Of a stretch of 64,000 nucleotides of DNA, positions 13,761 through 26,029 are shown one piece after another (positions within the stretch are counted from its first letter, which is position 1; the number at the start of each line of letters is the position of its first letter). The position numbers and the translations under genes were made by a program. The notes below the pieces were generated by a model. That model saw only the letters and a list, made by a program, of their open reading frames with translations. It was not told where the DNA came from and did no database searches. The DNA is from Penicillus capitatus (taxonomy: Eukaryota; Plantae; Chlorophyta), in assembly GCA_965649825.1 (NCBI GenBank), contig OZ287695.1:1035081-1099080 (forward strand), written 5' to 3'.

Positions 13761-15233
13761 ATGCATTGTCGACTTCCGGTTGCAAAACGCACGCCTGGCG
13801 CCTTTGGTGTGCGCTCCAGTCCTTTGTCTGTCCGTGGCGGCGATGTGCGTTCATCACGATCGTCGCGGGTCGTCATCACTGCGGCCCAGCGATCGATGAA
13901 ACCGCCATCGATGCAACCTTCCGCGACGGAACTCGAATCTCTGCAGCGTCTCAGCACCATCGTCCCGGATACGCTCCTCCTGCGTGAGGTTTCGACCCTG
14001 GCCAAACCAAAGGCCGCTTCCGTCAGTCCACGGATTCTGGCCAGTATTCTGGCCAGTCAAGGAAACTTTCCTGTCTACGAAGCACGTCTCCAAGCAGAGA
14101 GCAGACGGATCTAAGGCATGGAAGTGTAGAATGCGATCGAGAAAGGAATGGCGTTCAGCAAGGATCCCAAAGAGCGATTGAACAAGACATTGGCCAATGT
14201 GGGTGCGATGTTCTCAACGGAGGTTGAGGGACGCGTGTCGACGCAACTGGATCCACGTTCATCCCACAATACAAGTGCGAAAAGCCGCAACGATAGACAT
14301 CACAGAAGTGTGAGAATATAGATGAGATGGTGCAGCAAGTGCAGGAGCTGTTGAAGATGTATACCAGTATGGATGTCGATCAAGACCGTCTGATCTTTCA
14401 GATCCCGGCCACGTGGGAAGGCATCTGCGCTATTGAGAAGCTGGAACAGACTGGCATCTGCACCATCGTTGAGCTTGTGTTCAGGTTCGCATACACGATC
14501 TGTTCGTTATGTTCGTTCGTGCAAATGATGACGTGTGTTTTGTGTGGGTGACAGTTTTTGTCAGGCGGTGGCTGCAGCGCAGGTTGGAGCCAGTGTGGTG
14601 CAGATCAACATTGGCCGTGTCGAAGACTGGTATCGCAATCATCCCGGCGTGATCCGCGATCCAACGGTACAGGTCACATCATCCACGAATGGCTCTTCGC
14701 AGGGGGTATGGTAAAGGGACCGCGGGAAGATGCTGGAGGCGCTAGTGATATCCATCCCGGACGGGCGCTGGTGAAGAAGTTTTACGGCTACTGTAAAAAA
14801 CACCATCCCAAAACAAAAATCATGGTATCCGGCATCCGCACAAGGGAAGATGCTTTGTCTATGGCCGGTGTGGACTACATCGTCCTCGGTCCAAAAGTTC
14901 TGAAGCTTCTGGACGAAGTGCCCACAGCAGAAGGCTACAATTACGACCTCTCTGGGGTGGATGACAAACTCGCTTTTGCGGGAGTGGAAGATCGGATCTC
15001 GCCGGCGTTAGGATTGGAAGATGTACAGGAGCTGCCGTTGGATAGAGTCACATACGACCACTTTGACGATTGCCTGGGCTATGCTGGAAACGACCTCTTG
15101 GCCAAAGTAACGCTCGAGACATGCATCTATGGCCGATATGTGATAATGGTCTGTCCAGAGTATTCAGCGGAATGTGGATAGCATCAACCAACTCCTGTCC
15201 GTTTTGTCTACCATGACTTTGGGAATGGAGTAA
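13761..15233 (+). CDS. Transaldolase-family protein, plastid-targeted (divergent type)
   Basis: Transit peptide, ELESLQRLSTIVPDTL, VEGRVSTQLDPR, DRLIFQIPATWEGICAIEKLEQTGI, FYGYCKKHHPKTKIMVSGIR. Multi-exon; stop TAA at 15231-15233. Confidence 0.85.
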
Positions 15234-15360
15234 ACAAACGAGCTCACTATTTGATCTGTGGCGATCTGAGACATGTGCCATGTATTTTGTATACCATCGA
15301 TTTACGCCGTTCAAAGACGAGAGCGAGGGGTAGCTGTCACATCATCATAGAGTCCAACTT

Positions 15361-16924
15361 ATGAATCCTGAAAGCGTGTTAATGGCGGAGCCACGTGGAG
15401 GAAGTACAACAGGAGACGAATGCTCCACGAGCGATGCCGCGACGCTGCGCGACACCGACGCCCTGCACGAGTCTACGACACAGGTGTCGGTCGAGACGTT
15501 CTTCGTCTGACCGTTCTTTCTCAGCGTCAATCCTGTTGTTCGTCAGAGCGCCGATCGCGATGCCCTTCAAAAAATGCAGGTCGCGTTAAGAACAAAGATT
15601 CAAGAGCTCGAAGCGGCGGAAGCTGAAGAGAAAGAGATGATGCGAGCCACAAAGAAAACCGTCCGCGACGTGCAGAAAGTTCTCTCCAGCAAAGAACTGA
15701 GTCTGGCAGAGAAGCTTGATATCTTTCAACAAAAATTCATCGAGCGTGTGGGTTCTGTTTTTTGTTACATCGCATGATGGAAAGGGGGAGGGATTTGGTG
15801 TTCTTAGGTCAATGAACACATCAAATCTGAGAAAGCTTCCGCTCAGCTGCAGAAGAAATTGGACAAAGTTACAGCCGAGCGCGCTGCCAGTGCGTGTTGC
15901 TGAGGGGGATGGGGGCGATGCGATGGGGTGTTGGTTGTAGTGTCCGAAGAAGTGCGCCGCTTGACCACGATGAACACCAAACTGCAAGACCTATGCAGAA
16001 CATTGCAGTCTCAGAACAAAGACGTGGTTCAGAGTGCGCAGGAAAAAGCAGCAGCCGAGGCGCAACAGAGAGAAGAATTGAGTCAACGCATGGAGAAAGC
16101 AATGAGAGATATCTCCACTCGACTCGAAGAGCACAGTGCTGAGTCGCAGAAGTGCATGACAGAGAATACAGAACTGAGAACGAAGCTTGAGCAAGTCGGG
16201 CAGTTTTGTGAAGAGTTGGATAGCAACCACAAAGAACAGGTGTGACGCCGGGAGGGGATTTTTGGGTGATGTGACGTGACATGTGTAGATCGCACGCAAG
16301 GAGACACAGATCGATTTTTTGCGCGAAAGGATGAAGGAACAATCAGGTTTGGTGGAGCATTATGTGAAAACGGAAGATCTGCTTCGCGAGAAGTGCCAGG
16401 CCGCTGAGGCCGCTCGAGATTCCTACGCTGGACAACTCGAGGAGGCAAAGGAGCGCATCAGCAGTCTATGCGATTCGTTTGAGAAAAGTAGCATCGCATT
16501 TAAACAACTGCAAGATCAAGTAGAGATGTCTCACAAGATCCAGAAAAAAATGCAACAGGAATCCGATTTGCTAAAGAGACGTAGCGATCTCGTGCAACAG
16601 AAATCGGAAAGACTCATGGCAGAGAACACAAAGCTATTGGAACAGGTAGGTGATGGAGGTGAGGATGCCGTAGTGAGTGTCTGTGGTGGTTAGGTCGACG
16701 GAATGCGTGGAAAGCTTGAACATTCCGTCGCATTAGCGGATCACAATAAAACGCTTCATCAGAAAGGGGCATTGGAAAAGCTCTGTCGTGTTTTGCAATC
16801 CGAGAACAAGGAGTTGCGAAAAAGGTTGCCCGATTTTTTGCCATCTCACCCTCTGCCGCCATCCAATTCGGTGGAAGGGCTTTCGGGGCCGGATAAGGAG
16901 CAGGAATCTGCGAGACGTGCATGA
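15361..16924 (+). CDS. Taxilin-family coiled-coil protein
   Basis: Long coiled coil with MNTKLQDLCRTLQSQNK, ENTELRTKLEQ and the taxilin C-terminal motif LEKLCRVLQSENK. Multi-exon. Confidence 0.85.
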
Positions 16925-17490
16925 AGAATATAAAGAACATAATGTTACCGCATTTATGATCTGTTTTATGAAAAGGATGGGTGACGCGACGAGGTGATGT
17001 GACTGCGATCGGCCATCGCCTGGGGCATTCTTGTTGCGTTGCACGGACAGATGGGTGAAAAGAGACTCTTTCCACCACATCCGCTTGAATCCGAGCCGTT
17101 TTGGACAACGGCGCTGCGTGAAGCGAGAAGACAGTACGCTGTGCATCCTGTACCGTTGTGCAGGTTTGACGCTGTGTACGTAGCTGGTATTTTATGGCGG
17201 GTTTCGGTATCGTTTTCCTCGGAGCGTTAAAGTTCTCTATGACGTTCACAGGCAAGCGATCGTCGTCATGGCTCCTTGATTTATAATAAGGTGTGTATTG
17301 TGTTAGAGGAGGATGTGAAGAAATCAAGTACTCGGGCGATCGGGTCGTTGTTTGGATCTGATTCGAGTGTCATGTGTGTAGAATTTGCCAATCCCAAAGG
17401 TCATGGTCACTGAGAACGAGGCCGTCAACCGTTTGGACAAAGCCTGTGTGTCGGATCGATACTTGTGTAAGGTGATGTTAAGAAGAAGAG

Positions 17491-18336
17491 ATGATGCTCT
17501 CATCGTCTCTGCGGCCGCATGAAACGGAATATCGATCGCCCTTTGACAGAAACGTGTTCTGTGAATCTCTGACATCGCGTTTTCCTGACGATGGGTATCT
17601 GAAAGCGGGTGACGAGGATCTGAGAACATTTTATACACTACAGAGGGAGAAAGGCGATACCATATCCCAATTACAGGAAAAATATAAGAAACGGAATGTT
17701 CTACTCCCCCAAAGAAGATTCGACAATTACTTGATTGAGGTGAACTGTCTCAAGAAGGGTGTACGTGAAATAATCCGTCTGCAATCTCGCGCTGTTTGGT
17801 GACTGTCCATGCAGACTTCTTGAGTATGGACTGGAAAAATAAGCAATTCTCAAGATAATCCTGTTGAATTCTACGCTTAGACTTCTCATTAAATCACGGG
17901 AAGATGGTGCAACAGCAATGACTTTATCGTCATAACAATCAACATTTCCGGGGTAGAATTGTAGAGGGCATGGATGTGCTGCCAACCTGCCAGGATTTCG
18001 TTGATTTAGAGGACTTAGCGTCATCGACCGGATGATGGGTGGGTGAAAAGATGGCGGAGTGGCAGGATGCCACGGACAACCATGAAAAGTCCATTTCCTC
18101 TGTACGACCTAGAATGTTCTCAAAAAACCGTGTCAGACTGCATCCGACGGCGTAGATCACCTTGGGCTTTAAGTTTCTTTATCGCAGAGCTTGCTCGCCA
18201 GCCACCGTCAACAACGCATTTAAGTTCGTCCTGCGTCACACGGGAGACATTCGCCGTTGCTGTGGCATCGGCGATAAATGGCACCAGGCGACTGCATCCT
18301 TCCGCCCGAGCAGTCGACTCAGTCCCTGTGAAGTGA
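17491..18336 (+). CDS. Hypothetical multi-exon protein
   Basis: Protein-like ORF 17491-17802 and further plausible exons to about 18336. No family recognised. Confidence 0.35.
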
Positions 18337-18769
18337 AGGTAGAGCCCTTTTTCTACACGTTAAGCGTTCTAGATGGTGGGCTGTGTCTCGTCTCTCAGGG
18401 AGACTGCCTCGGTTCGTGCTGGAAGGCGAATAGACGCTGACTCCCAGCGCATGCGCGCCAACCAGAGGCAGTCACATCGTGGCTGTCCCTAAACTAGGCC
18501 ACGAGAATCATCAGCAAGCTCTCCATGCAAGGCCAGCTGCCGGGACAACAGGCGACGGATACAATCAAGTCGGAATCAGTGTTCGTCAGCTGACGAGGCA
18601 GTGCCGAATCTGTACACGTCACTTCGCGTTTGCTGTCTGGATTAAGAACGCGACTTCCAGCTGCATGGTACAAATTCAAGCAGAATTCTCGACCTCTGCC
18701 ATTTCCCTTTACGCGTTTGTGTCTTCTGTCCCTCCGAAGTTTTTCGAACTCCGTTTCCGGCACCATGTC

Positions 18770-18975
18770 TAACGGGAATACATACGACTAGCGCGCCGCG
18801 GTCAGCGCGAACGCGCAGCGTCGGACGGAGGAACAGGACCTGAGTGAATGCAAACACTACAGGTTGAGGCGTACAGTCAGCTAAATAGTCCTCGGTCCCC
18901 GCGAACCGCCGTCCCATCAGGAAGCGGACAGCGTGTCCGGTCCGCGGGGCCGCAACCGTAAACGCGTACCCGTCA
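18770..18975. repeat. LTR copy 1 (206 bp)
   Basis: Identical by eye to 19541-19746. Confidence 0.92.
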
Positions 18976-19540
18976 GGACTCCCCCAGCGGTTGACATAAC
19001 GTCCTCGAGCCAACCGCTCCAACGGGGAGCGAACAGCCAACGACGCAACAGTACAGTAGTACGGCGCACGGTAGGAGTACGACGACAACAGAAAAGACAA
19101 CGACGCACTGGCCGTCCTAAACGGTCCAGCGCCACAGGAAAACGGTCGGATGGCGAAACGCCTCTTGCGTTTCGAATAAAATGTGTCGCTCCGCCGCGCA
19201 ATGCTGCCCCACGTCCACTGCGTTATTGGGGGCAGTGGCGGCGCGACTACTGGTCGCAGCTGCCTGCGCAGGACGGAGGACGGGACGGACAGGGAAACGG
19301 ATAGGGCCTAGGTGCAGTGGCCACGCCCGCGCTCGAGGAAGACACAGTCGCGCAGTCGGCCGCGCGTGTCTGTCGACTCGGCCGGGTCGGGACATCGTCG
19401 TCTCCGCAGCTGCAGCCGCAGCGTCTTCGCTTGGCCGCTGACGGGTCGGAAATCGCTTCGGCAGGGCTACCACTGACGGCAGCACCTCGCTCCTCCACGG
19501 TGGCATTGAGGGCGCCACCTACCCCGGAGGTCCACCACAC

Positions 19541-19746
19541 TAACGGGAATACATACGACTAGCGCGCCGCGGTCAGCGCGAACGCGCAGCGTCGGACGGA
19601 GGAACAGGACCTGAGTGAATGCAAACACTACAGGTTGAGGCGTACAGTCAGCTAAATAGTCCTCGGTCCCCGCGAACCGCCGTCCCATCAGGAAGCGGAC
19701 AGCGTGTCCGGTCCGCGGGGCCGCAACCGTAAACGCGTACCCGTCA
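19541..19746. repeat. LTR copy 2 (206 bp)
   Basis: Identical by eye to 18770-18975. Confidence 0.92.
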
Positions 19747-20274
19747 ATGTCCGCTAACGCAGCTCTGTTCGTCTTTGCCGCACTTCTCTGCCTCCACGCG
19801 GCAAGATCCCTTCCTCTACCAGAAACCCTTAATGGCGACTGTTTGCTGTTCTGGTAGGCGAGTGCCTACCGTCCCATCACAGAGTCCGTCGTCGACGAAA
19901 ATGGACACGTCGTCGGAAAACTGTTCTTGAAAGAAGGAGTCGCCAATCCAAGTATGGTTGGCTGTGTGGCGAAATCTCCCTCTTCTTGACTGTCCTCGCG
20001 TGTGTGAAGTCTACGATGAGAAGGACGACGACAATGACTACTACTTGCGTCCAGCGCGTACTTGGGAGGAATGCAGAGATATGATGTGCGAAAAGGGTAT
20101 GTTACTCGTTCTATTGAACCAAAGGACGAATGGCTGCATGTAGGTGAGGATATTGAATGGGAATTTCACCCTCAAGATTCAAGCGTCTTTTTAAACTGCG
20201 AGGGATTCGATGACACCGAATCCATCGACGAAATCAAGCCGGGTTGGATAAGAGGCAGGTGCAAAGAAAAGTAA
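19747..20274 (+). CDS. Small secreted acidic, Cys-containing protein of unknown function
   Basis: Signal peptide MSANAALFVFAALLCLHA|ASAYRP... with a predicted GC-AG intron 19801-19857, a GT-AG intron 19952-20009 and a third near 20090-20142. Ends ...GWIRGRCKEK*. Confidence 0.65.
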
Positions 20275-20850
20275 ACGCATCTCCTAACAAGAGAAGAGCC
20301 TATCTCATTCTATTCGGTATAAGTTCTGGAGATTTCGAATGACTCTCTGGATCCATCCGGTCACCTTACAGTATTCGATGTAATGATGAGCAGCGCAGCT
20401 GTTGTTTAGCCCGGACTCACGACGCGCGTCTTCTCCGACGAACATGCGAAGCGAACGAGGATCGCTATTCTCGCCGATTTCTTCCTATCCGCATGCTCAC
20501 CTAGCTTTTTTCGCGGCAGATACCCGGTCTTTGAAATCGGGACTGTCAGGAGGCCACATGCACGCCCGCGAAGATTGGTAGGCGACAGTACGAAATATCG
20601 AGGAGGATGGGTAGATACATGCTGCAGAGGTGAAAGGTTCTTTCGCGCAAGGCTATCGAGACGCTGAAGACGCTAATGACAGCATCCAATCATCGGCCAC
20701 CATCCAGAAGCACCATGTCTACATTGAGCCAGAACGCGTAACTCTTTATACTAATGCAACGACATCTTTTTGATCAATTGATCTGTAATTGTAGGCATCG
20801 GTTTCATCGAATTTCCGCACGTTAAGCAAGAACAGTGAAAAATATTAGTA

Positions 20851-20922
20851 GGTGTTAATCTAAAGATGTTATCCGGTGTTAATCTAAAGATGTTATCCGG
20901 TGTTAATCTAAAGATGTTATCC
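20851..20922. repeat. Minisatellite, 3 x 24 bp (GGTGTTAATCTAAAGATGTTATCC)
   Basis: Three exact tandem copies seen directly. Confidence 0.95.
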
Positions 20923-23709
20923 CTCTTTCTACTAATAGGCATCCCAACGGTAACCGATTGATCGTGTCGGGTCGCATCAATCATTTTATATCACCGTTTA
21001 CGATTTGGTCGGCTTGGACGATTCGACGTGTCGGAAAAAACCGAAACGCGAAAGTATAAGCTACTGTTAAATCGAAATCGGACGCCTTATGCTCTGTTCT
21101 GAGATCGATCAAAACGATTTCCTGATGCGATCATCGATCGCTCGTCGAAAATTGACAACGCGATCGAGCTGGTTCGTCTGCTCGAGTGCGCAAATGATTA
21201 CGCTAGATGATTATCACGTTCTTCGATAGAAGTGTGTTCCCGTCACAACATGATCCGAGTACATGGATGATCTTTTAGCATCTAACAGGTTCTCGCTCTG
21301 TGAACACAAAAGATAATCCGTTTTCTGACCTGTCGTCGTCTCGCGTCTCGACGGATCGTCGATCTTTAATCAGCGAATCGATCGTAAGTGAGTATTCTTA
21401 GTGGTCGATTTTTCTGAGGTCGGCCTCACGGGAATGTTAAGAGCACTGTCGCCAAGATTTTGGTCTGGCGATGTGACTGTCTTGTTCGGGAGGGGTGAAC
21501 CTTGCTTTGGGACTCTCGGGGTCTTGTCATTTGGGGGTTTGGATCGAAAAGGGGCCTTTTTCTCTGGTCCTGGAGCGGTGCTGAGTCACCTGCCTAGGCA
21601 TGTCACGTCACCACGGGGGTATTTAATGGACAAATCTGACCTTGTTTTCACCTTGCTCCAACAGTGTAAAGAAGTCTTCCGCTGACAGTGTTTTCGTCCG
21701 ACCCGACCGGCGACAAGCACATTGGATGATAGTTAGAAATTGATCGCTCGATTCGTGTCAAATTGTGATACACGCCGTGTCGATGTGTTGGAACATGGAA
21801 CGTCACAGTCAAGTGACGTGACGTTACCATATAAAACGATGTTCAGACTCATCTGTAAGAATACCCCGTCTGGCTCTCTTCGTATCGCGGCCTCGGAGCG
21901 CTCAGACCAATCGTCGACGCCCTCGGTCCTAACAGATGTTGCTCGAATTGGTGTCGGAAGTTATCGAAGAGCTGCACAGACACTAGTAATAAACTTAATC
22001 AACAGATCTTATTAGTGCAGCAAAATCAGATAGAAAGCTAAAAACCGAACAAGTGACAAAACCAAACGATCTACGTGACTGACTCTATGATGGTGAAGAC
22101 GATATATCAGTGATACGGGAAATTGATTGATCTAGAACGACAATCGATGCGATCGTCGATCAGAGCAGGCGATGAATGGCCAGAAAATTGCAGGGAGTAG
22201 CATATGATTACTATAAAAGCTGCAATCGATGCATTGATTCAACGCCTACCGTATGCTATGTTGGCTGAATCGAAGTTGTTAACAACTGCCATGGAATACT
22301 ATGCAAACAGAAAGAGAACATGCCATCGACGTTCAACAACAACCGAAGGATTTCGCGTAGGCTTTAAATAACCGAAAACATTATCGATTGTCAATGCAAC
22401 TAACTGCAAGTGATAGAGTATTGGTTTCCGACCCAACCTTACGCGCACAGAAAAAAAACTAGCGATCTGTTGAAGTCTTCTCAAGATAGTGACGCATCAC
22501 TCAAGGACCGCATGTTGTGAGTAATCCGGCGGAGGCTGGAGGACAATCCTTGGCCCATTAATCTCAGCTTCGGAGACACCACGAAGCTGAAGGTCCATAA
22601 GTTTATGTTAAAGGAAACGCAACAGATTCGACCATGTAAGCAGCAGCGCTGATCCTACGGATGGCTCGAATGAGAATTGCTGCAGATAAACTTTAGAACT
22701 GTCGCTGCCCTAAAAGACCTTTATGCTTAAAACTTACCCGATTAAAAGATGTTATTTGCTCCGTTCGGTGTTCTTCGAACACATCGTGATAACGTTATGT
22801 TGGAAATTTATACGTCGGTAACTGACTTATTACATCGCATCGATCATCAAAAAACGTAGGATTGATCCCTAAACACTCTTCCGACGAATCGATAGTCGTC
22901 GATGTTCTTTGTAATCGATCGATCGAAGATCGGCATGCTTGTATTCATCAAAACGTTAGGACGAAAGATAGAGATCAACAACGTTCGCTTTATACAAGTC
23001 GATTTATGAGGCCCAGTGTGGACAGGCATAGGTCATGTCAGCAATACGTTGAAGGTTTTTTGTGCAATTATCCAACGCTGTTCGGGTAAAGTCAAGTGTC
23101 CATAACGGAGATTGACCAAAAAAGAACTCTACAATCTTTTTCTGTCGATCGATAAACAATCGAAAAAAAGCATCGATTTCGCGTGTTACGCTTTTAATCG
23201 CACATCGTGATAATGAAATCGGGAAAATAGTTTTGCAATCGTTTAATCATACCGCTGTCACAGTTACGTAATGCCTAGCTCTGCGCGGTGGACCAACGAG
23301 TGGCCCAGGAACACTTGATGTGACCTGTTCATTCGTTCCTCGGGTATTTAACCTCTACCTTTCATTGTCTGACAGTCTTCTGTAAGCGATAAGCCTTCGT
23401 CGTCGACTGTTTCAACCCTTTCGTTCGACGGAGTGCGCGACAACCGCATAATTTCGATAAACGTGTGATCACTTACCAATTGTCTATCGGCGAATCGATC
23501 GTCAATACTTTTCGAAATCGAATGATCAAAGGCCGGAGTCGTAGTATCTATCAAAGCGCGACGCACAACAGAAAGAAATTGCTCGTTCAACTTTCGACAA
23601 ATTGACAGTCATACACGTTGTCTTGTTGCTTTCGTGTCGGCGTCGTGAGCTGTTGACGAATTTGTATGGACGACTCGAGTGCCCAAACGTCGAGCATTAC
23701 GACGATTTT

Positions 23710-24759
23710 TTATGAAGATTCGAGTGGCTTCTCATCTCGCTGGACGATTGATACATGATGACCAGCCGTTGATTTTTGTGGATCTCGCGACTTTGCCTCC
23801 AATGCCTTTTCATTCTCGCGCACAGAGTCGAGATAGATCACGCCGTCGTCCTTTGCACTAAAGGATGGCCATTCTTCTGCGGTACTTAACATCTCTTGTG
23901 CAGCTACAAGCTCTTCAGGCTCGTCCGTTGCCTCAGACGGCGTCGTGCTCGAGAATTGATCGAAGAAGGGGTCTGTGTCGCCAGGAGGCAAACCGAGAGC
24001 CTCTCTGCGTTTGCGCCATCCTTCTCGGCGAATATTTTGCAGATATTCAAAGTTGCGACGATCCTGTTCGCGCTCTTCTTCCTTGATACGTTCGCGTTCG
24101 AGTCGCTCGGCCTCGACACCTCCACGTGCCCAAGCGTCTGTCATGCGTCGCTCTGCATCGAAAACAGGTCGATCGTCGAGGTACGTCAACGATTTCAGAC
24201 GCGAGACGACGACGCGACGGTAGTTACGGATCTTGCCGACGACATCATTGCCCTTAAGGTACAGGCAGCGCAATGCGGGCAACGCTTCGAGGACGTCAAG
24301 AATAGCGACATCATCCAGTTTGTTGTTCTGTAAATCGACGGTGAGTAAAGAGGGGCACTGTAACAGGTGTTCGATGTCGGCTTTGCTCTGCATCTGATTA
24401 TCGGTCGCAATCAGTGTCGTCAATTTCGTCGCCTTGGTGAGATTTGACAGTTTCTCGATTCTATTGTTGCTTATGTTCAATGTATCGAGCAGCGGCAACA
24501 CCTCTAGACCCGACAGATCCGACAACAGGTTCTGCTGGACGAAGAGACATCGCAGCTCTTCCAGTCGCGGCATCTCCCGCAGCGATTCGAGAGCGTTGCC
24601 TTCGAGAAAAAGCGCCTTTAGATGCGTATAGGCAGCCAGAGCCGACGTTATGCATGTGAAGCCTTTGAAATTGCAGTAGAGCTTGTCATTGAGCTCAGGT
24701 GTCCTGTACAATTCATGCTCTTTGCACAACTGCACCAGCGCTTTCTTCGTCATCTCCAT
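23710..24759 (-). CDS. DNAAF1: Dynein axonemal assembly factor 1 (LRRC50/ODA7-like LRR protein), apparently intronless
   Basis: MEMTKKALVQLCKEHELYRTPELNDKLYCNFKGF, SDS22-like LRRs, an LRRcap YRRVVVSRLKSLTYLDDRPVFDAERR and AWARGG. Confidence 0.9.
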   Translation of the reverse strand: MEMTKKALVQLCKEHELYRTPELNDKLYCNFKGFTCITSALAAYTHLKALFLEGNALESLREMPRLEELRCLFVQQNLLSDLSGLEVLPLLDTLNISNNRIEKLSNLTKATKLTTLIATDNQMQSKADIEHLLQCPSLLTVDLQNNKLDDVAILDVLEALPALRCLYLKGNDVVGKIRNYRRVVVSRLKSLTYLDDRPVFDAERRMTDAWARGGVEAERLERERIKEEEREQDRRNFEYLQNIRREGWRKRREALGLPPGDTDPFFDQFSSTTPSEATDEPEELVAAQEMLSTAEEWPSFSAKDDGVIYLDSVRENEKALEAKSRDPQKSTAGHHVSIVQRDEKPLESS

Positions 24760-24962
24760 GATCCCTTGCCAACAACACGTTCCTCGCACCGTCGTGTCTT
24801 TTCTCTGTGGACAGACTGTGGTAAAAGATGGTCAATGGACACACCGTTGACGTCAATCGCGTTGCCGTTTGTTCGTTCGTTTGTCGTCGCACGAATGATT
24901 GACAATGACCAAGATGGATTTCGTACCCTGCATGTCCGTCATCCTATCCAGTCTTCACCAAG

Positions 24963-25843
24963 ATGTCGACTTCGAGAGAAGAGGAAACAGCCAAAGTGCC
25001 TTGCGTCGATGTCTATCGCGTCGATACCAATGCGTCGTTCTTGTCATGTAGCTATTCGGCACAGACCCAGTGCCGTCAGTCCCCGAGACGAGCGACCCAG
25101 TCGAGCCTGTCGCCCCAAGAAACGACACGCCGCCGTCTGAATTCCCGCTAGAAGACTACCGCGACAATACACTCGACGAATCGATAATGGCGACCTTCAA
25201 ACGCGACCTCATTCGGATCGGCCTCAACCTCAAACTCGTTCTGCTGCCTTTCCTCAAAAGCCAGCAGAAATCACGTTCCCTTGGCAACTGGGATCTGTGG
25301 GGACCACTGGTATACCCTCATGCGAACTCAATCCAATGAGATGTGTTCAATGCGCTAGCTATTCATCTTGCTGCTGGGAATCATTCTGTCATCGTCAAAC
25401 AGCGACAGCACCAGTGCCGTATTCACCATGGCGTTCATCGTTTTGGGCGTCGGCGCAGTGATTCTCACACTGAACATCCTGTTGCTCGGAGGCACAATCG
25501 TCTTCTTTCAATCGCTCTGTCTTCTGGGCTACTGCTTGTTTCCCATCGTCCTGGCCGCCTTCATTGTCTCCTTTGACAACAAATGGGTATGCACTGTATG
25601 AATCAAAGGGGAGACGCGATGGGTCTGTTTTCAGTTCATAGCATGGCCGATTACGATCTTAGGCGTGGCATGGGCCGACTACGCATCCTACACCTTCGTT
25701 AAAGAGGCTTCGCCGCCAGAGTCTGTACCGCATAGAGTGGAACATCGCATTCGATTCTGTGTCCTTCTAGGCGAAGAGGATTGGCGATGTATCCAGTGTT
25801 TTTACTCTACTTGTGCGTTGGCTGGATGGTGATTGTGATGTAA
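24963..25843 (+). CDS. YIPF6: Yip1-domain Golgi membrane protein (YIPF6-like)
   Basis: [49 protein letters not shown], and last exon [13 protein letters not shown]...*. Confidence 0.88.
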
Positions 25844-26029
25844 TGCTTTGATACATACAGACAGATATCCACGATGATAAATGCGCGAACATTTCCATCG
25901 TTCCGATACATGTCGCTGTCGCCTGTGCATGAGATTTTGCTGTATATCGCATCCAGTCAAGGCTGACGCGAAGCATCATCGTGTATCGTGCGTCGATCGC
26001 ATCCGTCGGCATTAGAGTGAATCGTCGAT

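Larger units (their letters stand above)
18770..19746 (-). mobile_element. Non-autonomous LTR retrotransposon (TRIM-like), 977 bp
   Basis: Two identical 206-bp direct repeats (18770-18975, 19541-19746) with terminal inverted TAACGGG...CCCGTCA, and a 5-bp TSD ATGTC (18765-18769, 19747-19751). On the minus strand a PBS-like TGGTGGA lies 3 nt after the 5' LTR and a PPT-like GGGGGAG lies just before the 3' LTR. The 565-bp interior has no recognisable gag/pol. Confidence 0.85.

Noticed and set aside
18494-18766. Minus ORF MVPETEFEKLRR... starting at the TSD
   Set aside because: It arises from the palindromic CATG. No family is recognised, and the plus-strand gene with a signal peptide is better supported.
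18766-19750. Idea that the LTR element is a complemented/mirrored sequence artefact (its complement reads naturally and the right copy becomes TGTGATTGCCC...GGGCAGTTACA)
   Set aside because: The ordinary reading gives a perfect 5-bp TSD, matching boundaries for both LTRs, a PBS and a PPT. The mirror reading fits only one LTR copy. The composition oddity is kept as a finding.
19747-19960. In-frame TAG suggesting TAR=Gln recoding
   Set aside because: A 57-nt GC-AG intron explains it, and conserved genes here end in TAG or TAA (NAT10, PDS).
21255-21285. YMDDLL string resembling a reverse transcriptase motif
   Set aside because: It is flanked by stops with no other RT motifs nearby, so it is likely chance.
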